A stretch of DNA of 63,932 nt, the filler included, from Octopus bimaculoides (taxonomy: Eukaryota), in the NCBI RefSeq assembly GCF_001194135.2. It is 5 parts of 5 records of this genome, joined end to end, with 100 filler letters (N's around TTAATTAATTAA, not from the genome) between each part and the next. Parts side by side here need not be neighbours in the genome. Positions count along the whole stretch, not along the records: positions 15,750 to 29,324 come from NC_068983.1; positions 29,425 to 59,033 come from NC_068994.1; 3 more parts are not named here. One strand, given 5' to 3'. Of the stretch, positions 24,475 through 35,795 are shown one piece after another (the first letter of the stretch is position 1; every line of letters starts with the position of its first letter). The notes under the pieces were generated by a model, which saw only the letters and a list, made by a program, of their open reading frames with translations, ran no database searches and was not told where the DNA came from. The position numbers and the translations under genes were made by a program.

Positions 24475-24518
24475 TTTATCCTGATGATGAGGCACAATAG
24501 TCTCGAAACGTCAATTAA
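24475..24518 (+). ncRNA. Degenerate minimal hammerhead ribozyme motif
   Basis: CTGATGA-T-GAGGC(ACAATA)GTCTC-GAAA-CG-TC: good core and helix II, ACGT helix III, poorly paired helix I. Confidence 0.55.
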
Positions 24519-25111
24519 ACTGAATTTAGTTTCTTGTTCGTGGACACGAGGCTACAATCATGACAGATCGTATTCAAGTTTACGAGGCACTAAATTTTCG
24601 GTTGTTTACGTAATAACTTTACATATATATATGTGCGTGTGTGTGAGTGCATGTGTGTGTGTGTGTATGTATAGACATACATATAAATATGTACATATAT
24701 ATAAACATACACACATACACACACTCATACACACACACACACACACACATACACACACACACACACAAGCATATATATACCTGTAAACACACAAACATAT
24801 ACATACATGTCTTGAAATTAGAGTGTTGCATTCATGAACGCGAGATCGTGCTTTCATTTCCTGAACCAGTGCGGTGCGTTGTGTTATCTTGAGCAAAGCA
24901 CTTCTTCTCATGTTGCTTCGTGATCACATCGACGCCTGAAATGTAGCACACCCTGTCTCTGTTCAAGCAACGTCGATTTTACAGAGCCAGTGAACTAATG
25001 TACTTCATAAACACTGGCCCACTATAAGCAGATCATATGTACTGGTTGTTCAGCTAAAAACTGTAGAAACGTCTTTCTCGGACTACGAGAGACCACCATC
25101 ATACATACATA

Positions 25112-25169
<58 letters not shown>

Positions 25170-25227
25170 NNNNNNNNNNNNNNNNNNNNNNNNNNNNNNN
25201 CTCTCTCTCTCTCTCTCTATCTCTCTG

Positions 25228-25276
<49 letters not shown>

Positions 25277-25299
25277 GCCTGTCTCTCTCTCTGTCTGTC

Positions 25300-25334
<35 letters not shown>

Positions 25335-25353
25335 GTCTGTCTCTCTCTCTCTG

Positions 25354-25396
<43 letters not shown>

Positions 25397-25587
25397 GTCT
25401 GTCTCTCTCCTTCTCTCTCTCACACATGTTTATATATATATGCATATTTATATATAAATATGTATGTATATACATATATATGCGTATGGTATATATATTA
25501 TGTTATTAATTCATATCTGCCTACACACACTTATGTATATGCGTATTACGTTATTGATTCACGCCCACACATATAAATTTATTGATT

Positions 25588-25628
<41 letters not shown>

Positions 25629-25675
25629 ACAAATATATACATATATATCATATCATATAAATGTGTTGCATGCAT

Positions 25676-25712
<37 letters not shown>

Positions 25713-27768
25713 GTGTACGTGTGTGTATTTGTGTGCGTAATCACCAATCTAGTTTGAAATTCTACATATTTATATAGTCTATATATTAGAGTTGGTTTTT
25801 GATATAGATATTGTTGTTATTAATTTTTTTTTCAATTATAAATGTCTACACCGTGGCATCATATCTGTTGAATACACCTTGTCTGAACATATTTCCCACG
25901 GTTATTAGCCCGATCTCAGTTTAAATAAATGGTAGCTCTGACGCCAACTAAGCATATCTCTTCAATTACTTTAGTAAAAAAGAGGATATAAGGTTTATTA
26001 ATCTAAATATACGGACAAAAAAAAAAACACAAATCTATCATAAGCAATATAGCGCAACGAAAACATCTTTAAAAGAGCGTAATCCTTTTGTGTAGCGGTT
26101 TATACTGGCCTCGTTCAGCTAAAAATGTAAAGGAAAACGAAAAGGAGAGAGAGATTCGCTATTGTGTGGAGAAAATTATGTCTGATCAGATATTTCTATC
26201 GAGTATTTATTTCTTTTATATAAAATAAACCTTTTAACCACTGGTGATGAATAAACAAAATAAACAAAAAATAAAATTACAATAAATGTCTTTTTAAAAA
26301 AAACAAAACAACAAACAAACACATACTGAGAAATATATGATGGTTTATATGTAAAAAATAAATATATTAAAAAGAGAAAACTTCATTTTAAATGCAACAA
26401 ATTCGATTGAATAGTAGCAGTTTTTATGTTTGTGGAGATGGACAAGGAAGTATAACATTGTATTAGATTCTTTACGAGCTTTCTTAGATCGAAACCTTTC
26501 TTGCTCAGGATTCGATTTCTGCTAAGCTTGGCCTTGTTGGTTATCAATCTGGGGATCGATAACATTAGTACAAGTCAATCAAATCGACTATAACTCTCAA
26601 GTATACACAATAATAATACCAAAAAATAAAAGAAAATCAGTTGATCATATAATACAGGAGGAAATCAATAGTGTCTGGTGAGTTATAGAAACAAGGTATA
26701 AACGCCCGGAAAGCGGAAATTGCGAAGCGGTTTCAATCTTTAACTGAATCCGCTTAATTTCATATTTGTTATTAATACTTGGGGATGCGGGGAGCGGGGT
26801 CAACTTTGCCTTTTATCTTTTCTGCATCGGTAAAATAAGTACCAGTTGAGCACTGGGGTCGATGTAATCGACTGGAATTTTTATGTGTTTAGAGAAAGAA
26901 ATTTCAAACAAGATAAATTCTATTTTTATGTGTTTAGAGAATGTAATCGACTTGCACCCCCTGCCACTCAATTGCTGGTTTTGTGCCAAAATTTAAAACC
27001 GTTATTAACACCTCGGGGAAAGTGGTGAGCTAGCAGAATCATTAAGAGCTGGACGAAATGCCTTGTGCTACTTCTGATTCTCAACATTCTTAGTTCAAAT
27101 TGTACCAGGGTCAACTTTGCACCGGCATGTCAAAACATTAAACTAGCTACAACAAACAGTGAAAAACATTGAAACGTTCGCGTCTCCACATAAATTCACA
27201 AAGATAAAGGCCAACCGTGGAACGGTCGAATTCTTTCTGTTATGCAGACAATTATAGAATACGTGGTGGTTACACTCCTTGTACGCACGCGCAGCATCTT
27301 TGGTTGCTATGAAAACAGAATTCTTCGCACTCAGCTATGCAACACGTGGTGCTTCTTTGCTTTGGTTACTATGGAAACAGAGTTCTTCGTCACGGTGATG
27401 TGTAAAATACTCGCTTCTGATTGGCTGAAATACCCAAATTTTGCAAATGTTAAAGGCTAATTACTTTTTAAGTATGGATTTATAGGAAAAACGAATTTCA
27501 TTTTCATAATTAGTATACAAAGCTTAATCCAATCCATATATCAAATTTGAAAACAATTAGAACAAAATTGTAGACAGTGACGAACACTACACAGATCCTG
27601 TATTTGTATTGCAGCTTGCCTGATGAGTCATATCTCATACGGACCTCATTCATTCATGCATGCATACATACATGGACAGAAGTCTCTCGTAGTTTGAGAA
27701 AGACAGTTCTTCAATTTCTTACTGAACAACCGTCACAGATGATTTGTTTGAAGAGATCAAATGTATGG

Positions 27769-27972
27769 ACGATGGGCATGCTGAAAAGTTCCTGGCTTTG
27801 GATAAAAGAATATACCAGACAATCAGTTAATTATGAATTTACTCAACATATTCCTCTCTCAGATTCACACACTTATTTCTGCGGTCCTTCAGTTTTTCTA
27901 AGCCCTATAAAATAACTCGGAAGGCCTTTCGTGATAGCCTTAAAGTCAGGAACATTTCAGCACCCTCTCATA
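27769..27972. mobile_element. mariner-type MITE
   Basis: TIRs ...TGCTGAAAAGTTCCTGGCTTT / AAAGTCAGGAACATTTCAGCA..., ending in TA. Confidence 0.8.
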
Positions 27973-28157
27973 TGTGCTGCTCATTAACTCACTCCTTCCA
28001 TCAAATCGATGTTGCCGGAACAGGAAGTGACTGCAGTGCAATGTGAGATCATTTTGCTCAAGAATACAACGCAATTGAAGCCACTATGTCGCGATCAGGA
28101 GTATTGCACTCCCGATCGGGAGTGTAATACGCTAACCACTATGCCATACGCCCTCGA

Positions 28158-28160
28158 CAC

Positions 28161-28228
<68 letters not shown>

Positions 28229-28253
28229 GTCTGTCTGTCTGTCTGTCCGTCTG

Positions 28254-28341
<88 letters not shown>

Positions 28342-28350
28342 GCTAGCTAG
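28158..28350. repeat. (CTAT)n/(CTGT)n tetranucleotide microsatellite
   Basis: Directly visible. Confidence 0.95.
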
Positions 28351-29293
28351 CTAGGTAGATAAATAGATAGCCATCTACCTGTCTCTTTATCCATCAACAT
28401 ACACAGATACAAGCACACATGCATGCACACATGGGCGCACACATACACACACCTACACACCTAAACATACTCTCACCTACACACACACACAGACACACAC
28501 TTATACTTATATATGTAGCATAATATAATTTTAAGAACAGACAAAACATAGAAAGGATCTCGCAAAAGAGAGGGTGTTGACTCTCAAGGAAGAATCAGGT
28601 CACAGCGAATCTTCAACTGACCTCTGCTCAGGTTAATGTTTTCTCTTTGCTTCATGCTCGCCGAGAGTAAAAGCGAATATTTTTAGATGCTACTTAAGGC
28701 TGAAATGTATATAGTTAAATCGATTTGAAGTACTACCATTAACATTACATTGAAAATTCCGATCACGTGGCCGTACATTTATTGCCTAACACACAAATCA
28801 CCCAGTTGCCGTTACTTCTCTCAATGAAAGGGTCATATGAAGAGACAGTAAATACAACAATAACAACATCAACATTCATGTAAACAATCAAAACAAAAAG
28901 GAGGAAAACAAGCTAACAGCCTTGTTTAAAGTGCGGTATTACTATAAAGTATGGAAGCATCCTTTTGCGAGGTCACTAGGCTTGCTAGAAGCAGCAGTAA
29001 ACTCTTACTAATATCAAACTAAAGGTACAGTGTCTCTTTCCCGGAACCTTTTACTCCAAAGCCTTTCCGGATGGTTGATTTTACTGAACCTGGGATGGTC
29101 ACTTTTAATCTAAATAAATATTAAACTTATTTAAACAATTAGGGGCAGGAGTGACTGTGTGGTGAGACTCTTACTTCTCAATAACATGGTTCCAAGCTCA
29201 GTCCCACTGCGTGGCACTTTAGGTAAGTGAGTGGATTTGGTTCCCGGAAACTGAAAGAAGCTCAATGTGTGTGTGTATATGTGTATACATACG

Positions 29294-29324
<31 letters not shown>

Positions 29325-29449
29325 NNNNNNNNNNNNNNNNNNNNNNNNNNNNNNNNNNNNNNNNNNNNTTAATTAATTAANNNNNNNNNNNNNNNNNNNN
29401 NNNNNNNNNNNNNNNNNNNNNNNNTATATATATATATATATGTATATAA

Positions 29450-29645
29450 TCATCATCGTTTAACGTCCGCTTTCCATGCTAGCATGGGTTGAACGATTTG
29501 ACTGAGGACTGGCAAGCCAGAAGGCTGTACCAGGCTCAAATTAGATCTGGCAGAGTTTCTACAGCTGAATGCCCTTCCTAACGCCAACCACTCTGAGAGT
29601 GTAGTGGGTGCTTTTACGTGCCACCAGCACGAGGGCCAGTCACAT
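29450..29645 (-). mobile_element. SINE family B with (GAT)n tail (other copies 30105-30270 +, 37030-37385 +, 56330-56415 -, 58540-58850 -)
   Basis: Shared block ggttggcgttaggaagggcat.cagctgtagaaactctgcca.at...gcatggaaagcggacgttaaacgatgatg. Confidence 0.88.
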
Positions 29646-30289
29646 ATATGTGTGTGTGTGTGTATATAAATACATACATATATATATACACACACATATA
29701 CGTACATAAATACATATATCTACACACACACATGTGGAGGAGGTAGACCCAGGAAGACATATGGTAAGGTGGTGAAGCATGATCTTTAAATGTTGGGGGT
29801 CTCACGGAGGCGGTGACAAGTGTTCACGACCTTTGACAATTTGCTGTGCTTGAGAAGACTCGATATGCCAAGAGAAATTGTAGTTGTGGCCAGTGCCAGT
29901 AACATGTAACAACATCTGTGCTGGTGACACGTAGAAGGCACCCACACACTCTTGGAGTGGTTAGCACTTTCGAAGGGCATCCAACCGTAGAAACGGTTAC
30001 CAGTTCCAGTGATTCCACTACATCCCTTATGTGTCCACAGCTTTACATTGAGTACAGCATATTAGTTTATACCTGCTCCTTTTTTGCATATCAAGCAAAA
30101 ACTTCTCTCTGAGTGGTTGGCGTTAGGAAGGGCATCCAGCTGTAGAAACTCTGCCAAATCAGACTGGAGCCTGGTGTTGCCATCCGGTTTCACCAGTCCT
30201 CGGTCAAATCGTCCAACCCGTGCTAGCATGGAAAGCGGACGTTAAACGATGATGATGATGATGATGATGAAGCAAAGCCATTTCCCTGA

Positions 30290-30450
30290 AGGTACCAGGA
30301 TCCTGTTTTCTTTCGTACTTACTAAAACTTGTGTCTCTTCTAAATTTGCCTAAGGCCTTTAATTCAAGGTTTAGCTCCCATTCCTGGAATCTCTTCTCTA
30401 ATTCCCCACATCTTCCACTTACTGTTGCTCCTGCTACCTGAGGTGTCACC
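30290..30450 (-). mobile_element. Possible very decayed RTE reverse-transcriptase fragment
   Basis: GELEKRFQEWELNLELKALG loosely resembles RTE RT EELEKKFxxWKxxLESKGLxVN. Confidence 0.3.
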
Positions 30451-31789
30451 TGTACTACACATCACTACTGCCTTTCTCTTTGGAAATATCGCTAACTCAT
30501 TCTCATTCCTAAATGTGAGCAACCTCTTCCCTCATACCTTAACTCCCATGTAGCATACAGAAGCAGCATCCTCTCTCTCCCTGGGTCTGTTGACTTATGA
30601 GCTACATGGTGATCTCAACACTGCTGGTGGCATGAAAAAAAGCACTCAATACACACTGTAAAGTGATTAGTGTTATGGGAAGGGCAGCCAGCTGTAGAAA
30701 CCATGCCAGAGCAGACACTGGACTATGATGGAGTCCTTCATTCATTGGATTCTTGTCAAACCATCTGACCCATATGTGAAACATGGATCTTGAATGATGA
30801 TGACAATGATGCAATACATATATATANNNNNNNNNNNNNNNNNNNNNNNNNNNNNNNNNNNNNNNNNNNNNNNNNNNNNNNNNNNNNNNNNNNNNNNNNN
30901 NNNNNNNNNNNNNNNNNNNNNNNNNNNNNNNNNNNNNNNNNNNNNNNNNNNNNNNNNNNNNNNNNNNNNNNNNNNNNNNNNNNNNNNNNNNNNNNNNNNN
31001 NNNNNNNNNNNNNNNNNNNNNNNNNNNNNNNNNNNNNNNNNNNNNNNNNNNNNNNNNNNNNNNNNNNNNNNNNNNNNNNNNNNNNNNNNNNNNNNNNNNN
31101 NNNNNNNNNNNNNNNNNNNNNNNNNNNNNNNNNNNNNNNNNNNNNNNNNNNNNTATATATATATATATATCTCCCTCCCTTTTTACTATCATACAGCCTG
31201 TCGTCTTCTGTCCTAGCAATCTACATACCCATTTCATTTAGCACTTCCCCCCTCAACTATGCACTGCTTGTCCTTTGCTCACCATTCCTACAATATCATA
31301 CTTTGCACAGTTGCCCTTTTCATAAAATTGTAACTCACTGGAGCTCCTGCCACCCTTGTGTGTGTGTGTGTTTTTTTTCTTTTTGACATTTAAATGTTGA
31401 TTTATAGAGATTCCAACTGAATATCAACCATGTCATTCTCATCAGTCTTGGAAGGCCAATAGAGACCATGGGGTAGGAAGTTGCACCCTCTTCCTGTGAT
31501 TTACAAAGACTTACATGACTTACCGAGTCAACTTACCAGTCATCCAAAACACGTAGAACATAACCTAATTGCATGTGGTCTGTCACGAGTCCTAAGATTC
31601 ACAAGGATGGAACTTAACCCAGTTTCTGTTGCATCTTACTGTAAGGAGCAGCTCTTAAAAATGAGAAATGAGTTAAGTGGGAGTATGCAAAACTTCATAA
31701 GCAACACAACAATTCACAATTATTAGTGGAGGAGTTCTCTCGGTAAAAACATATTCTTGCTTTTTGTAATAGCATCCGCTTTGAATGTG

Positions 31790-32165
31790 AAGTTGCATGG
31801 CTTAGTGGTTAGGGTGTTTGACTCGTGTTTGTAAGATTGTGGTTTCAGTTCCTGGACCGGGCAATGTGTTGTGTCCTTGAGCAAAACACTTCATTTCACA
31901 TTGCTCCAGTTCACTCGGCTGGCATAAATGAGTAATCCTCTAACTGTCCAGCGAGGAATATATATTGTCAGAGATAATAGGTAACTGGCCTTATAGTCCT
32001 TACAGAGTAATGTGGACTGACCATCTGCTGGATATGGGGAAATAACGCTTTGCTTGGAAACAGGTGGGGGGGTTGACAACATGAAGGGCACCCAGTCATG
32101 GAAAATCTGCCTCAAAACATCCATCTGCCCCATGTAATCATGGAAAACTGGATGTTATAAACAAT
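31790..32165 (+). mobile_element. tRNA-derived CORE-like SINE (relatives 39420-39660 + and 24810-24960 +)
   Basis: Head tggcttagtggttagggtg...ggtttcagttcctgg, then tgtgtccttgagcaaaacacttcatttcacattgctccag. Confidence 0.7.
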
Positions 32166-32539
32166 GAAGATTAAATACACAATTCTTTCGGACTTGGGCT
32201 TGTATGACCAGTGACTTCTACCGAGGTCATATTTTGAAGCTGAAGCAATTATATTCTGCAACAATGGTTTTAGCAATTTAAGAAAGGAACACAGAGTAAC
32301 TATTATTTTTATTTCTTGTTTATTTCTTAATAGTACATTGAATTATTGACAACATGAGGGCATGACCTTGTGAGACCATGCCTACATATTGTTAGAAGTT
32401 TGCTTTGCTGTTACATGGTTTCATGTTCAATCCCATTGGATGACATTTTGGATAAGTGTCTTGTACAATAGCTCTAGGGTGGCCAGTGTCAAATGAGGGT
32501 ATTTGGTAGATGGAAATGTCTCTCTCATAAATTTTTTTG

Positions 32540-32716
32540 CTTGTTTGTCATTATGGCCATGCTGGGGCACAGCCTTGAAGAATTTTTAGACAAATGAATC
32601 AGCCTCAGTACTTTTTTTCTTAAAAGTGGTACTTATTCTATCATTCTCTTTTACTGAACCACTAAGTTACAGGAACCTAAAAACACCAACACTGGTTGTC
32701 AAGCAGTGAAGAAGAT

Positions 32717-32752
<36 letters not shown>

Positions 32753-32920
32753 ATATGTTACGGGCTTCTGTTTCCATCTACCAAATCCACTCACAAGGCT
32801 TTGGTCAGCCTGAAGCTATAGTAGAAGCCACTTGCCCAAGGTGCAACACAGCGTGACTGAACCTGGAACCATGTGGTTGGGAAGCAAACTTCTTACCACA
32901 CAGCCATGCTCACACCTATA
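32540..32920 (-). mobile_element. SINE family A, CpG-decayed copy
   Basis: Family A sequence with CG changed to TG/CA (actgaaccactaagttacagg versus gccgaaccgctaagttacggg at 18484). Confidence 0.85.
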
Positions 32921-35261
32921 TCCATTTTTCCTGAGCGTTAAACTAATACACCTGCTCGTTGTTCCGACACTTGCCTTCAACTTCTGTTTTCTATAAATTT
33001 GAACTATAATATATATGTATATATATGTATGTATGTATATAAAATGTCTTACCTTATTTTTGTCACATCTTCAAAGGACATTCTATGTATGTGTGTGTGT
33101 TTTANNNNNNNNNNNNNNNNNNNNNNNNNNNNNNNNNNNNNNNNNNNNNNNNNNNNNNNNNNNNNNNNNNNNNNNNNNNNNNNNNNNNNNNNNNNNNNNN
33201 NNNNNNNNNNNNNNNNNNNNNNNNNNNNNNNNNNNNNNNNNNNNNNNNNNNNNNNNNNNNNNNNNNNNNNNNNNNNNNNNNNNNNNNNNNNNNNNNNNNN
33301 NNNNNNNNNNNNNNNNNNNNNNNNNNNNNNNNNNNNNNNNNNNNNNNNNNNNNNNNNNNNNNNNNNNNNNNNNNNNNNNNNNNNNNNNNNNNNNNNNNNN
33401 NNNNNNNNNNNNNNNNNNNNNNNNNNNNNNNNNNNNNNNNNNNNNNNNNNNNNNNNNNNNNNNNNNNNNNNNNNNNNNNNNNNNNNNNNNNNNNNNNNNN
33501 NNNNNNNNNNNNNNNNNNNNNNNNNNNNNNNNNNNNNNNNNNNNNNNNNNNNNNNNNNNNNNNNNNNNNNNNNNNNNNNNNNNNNNNNNNNNNNNNNNNN
33601 NNNNNNNNNNNNNNNNNNNNNNNNNNNNNNNNNNNNNNNNNNNNNNNNNNNNNNNNNNNNNNNNNNNNNNNNNNNNNNNNNNNNNNNNNNNNNNNNNNNN
33701 NNNNNNNNNNNNNNNNNNNNNNNNNNNNNNNNNNNNNNNNNNNNNNNNNNNNNNNNNNNNNNNNNNNNNNNNNNNNNNNNNNNNNNNNNNNNNNNNNNNN
33801 NNNNNNNNNNNNNNNNNNNNNNNNNNNNNNNNNNNNNNNNNNNNNNNNNNNNNNNNNNNNNNNNNNNNNNNNNNNNNNNNNNNNNNNNNNNNNNNNNNNN
33901 NNNNNNNNNNNNNNNNNNNNNNNNNNNNNNNNNNNNNNNNNNNNNNNNNNNNNNNNNNNNNNNNNNNNNNNNNNNNNNNNNNNNNNNNNNNNNNNNNNNN
34001 NNNNNNNNNNNNNNNNNNNNNNNNNNNNNNNNNNNNGAAGTAATAGTACAGACAGGTAAAATAGTACAGAAGAAACAGTACGCATGAGTTAATCAGCCAG
34101 ATGTCCTCCTTTCAGATGCAGTGAAGAATGTTTGTGAGTGTGTAGGAGGACTGGGCCTGGGATATGAGCAGTACTCTAGTTTGAATATGAACTGTGTAGA
34201 GGATCAGAGCTAAAGTGCTGGCATTAAAAAGGAGGCTTAGTTTTGGTGATGTATCATATATATATATATATATGTATATATATATCTGTAAATAAAACGT
34301 GACAACTATTCGGTACCATGGCTACCGAGTAATTGTCAGTGGGGTGTTGGGGGTGACAGGAAGCAGTATTTAAGGGAAGTTTAATTGGTTGTAGAATTTC
34401 AGTAAACTAAGGGGTAGCTAGAAGTTGGTGGTGGTGGTGGTAGGGTGGTACATATACACACACTTTAGAAAGTAATGAGAAACAGACTATTCCTTACCAT
34501 TTCCACAGACAGTAAATGATTTGACAAACTCTGCTGTTTATGGGACAGTACACCCGTAAAGTACATAGTGGAGGAAGAAAGAAGGCACAAGGGAGTTTGG
34601 TGGTGGTGGGTATATTTTCAAAGTTTCAAAATAAAAAAATATAATCTGTTAAAGATTTGACCTATTTTCTTGTGTGTGTATACAAAATCTTACAAGTAGG
34701 AACCACATTGTAAGTTCTAAATTTTAACCCAGCTTTCTACATAACAGACTCTATAAGATTGATTATGCCCTATGCAAAACTTGTGATTTTTGTCTTGATT
34801 TTCACAGGATCCTGGCGTCTGTGGCCCTTCTATGTAGATGGTTCCTATACTACAAGGACACAAGTATCACAACATATAATCACACCAAAGTTGTTATTAC
34901 TCAAAACTTTATGCACGAGCTTCTGTTCATATGTTTGTGGTTTTGTGAGTGTGTTTGGGTGTCTATGGGGAAATGAGAAACCATATTAGATATTTTGAGG
35001 TATTGGCAGAAGCAAAGCATTCTGTAACGTTCCATAGAGACATCTGCTGCAGTATCTATTCTGCTGTATTTGCTGTGGTTTGTTCCACTCCATATATGAC
35101 ACCCTTCCCCTACAGAATATCCTCATTTAACATCACACAGCAGTGAATTACTATATTTACTTCTGTATAAGTTTACACTCCTAATTTAGTACAAATTTTT
35201 TTCCCTTCATATTCAAGCTTACCCCATGTATAAACCACACCCCAGTTTTTTAAAGTTTGCA

Positions 35262-35484
35262 AATGTTGAGGTGGTTTGGCCACATGGAGAGGATGGATGA
35301 GGAGCTAATGGTAAGGAGGGTGATGAAGGCAGAAGTGGTCGGCAGCAGAACCAGAGGCAGACCTTGGTTTGTGTGGATGGATGAAGTGAAGAAAGCTTTG
35401 CTGGTGAGAGGTGTTGGAGTGAGAGAGCCAAGAGAGTTTACAAACGATAGGAAAGCTTGGAGAGTGTTTGTGGACAGATGAGGG
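35262..35484 (+). mobile_element. RTE-clade LINE ORF C-terminus
   Basis: MLRWFGHMERMDEELMVRRVMKAEVVGSRTRGRPWFVWMDEVKKAL...DRKAWR is the characteristic RTE C-terminus. Confidence 0.9.
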
Positions 35485-35750
35485 AATTTGATGCTGCTCA
35501 AAGGGGTACGGAACCAACATAATGCGGTGGGGGTAAACCAGCATATGCTGTCGGGCCCCAGTACTGATGTTGGGGAATTGCATTCTATGCCTTGACCCGA
35601 GCATAGAACGGGGTTCGCCTCTTTGAGCTGGGAAATAAAGAGAATGTCTGGTTTAAGATGAATGTTGCCGTAATTTGTTGCTGTAACATGATCTGTGTTC
35701 TTATATTGTCAAACAAGGGAATCTAGCACCCCCACTCAGCTCAAACAATA

Positions 35751-35795
35751 TCTGTGTATTGTGATTTCTGGGTTATCTCCCTTCATCAGCACAGA
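35751..35795 (-). ncRNA. Minimal type I hammerhead ribozyme motif
   Basis: Minus strand TCTGTG-CTGATGA-A-GGG(AGATAA)CCC-A-GAAA-TCACAATA^CACAGA: perfect 6-bp helix I, intact core boxes, 2-bp helix III, AUA site. Confidence 0.62.

Noticed and set aside
27619-27650. CTGATGAGTC...GAC hammerhead-like start
   Set aside because: No GAAA box or helix I/III follows.
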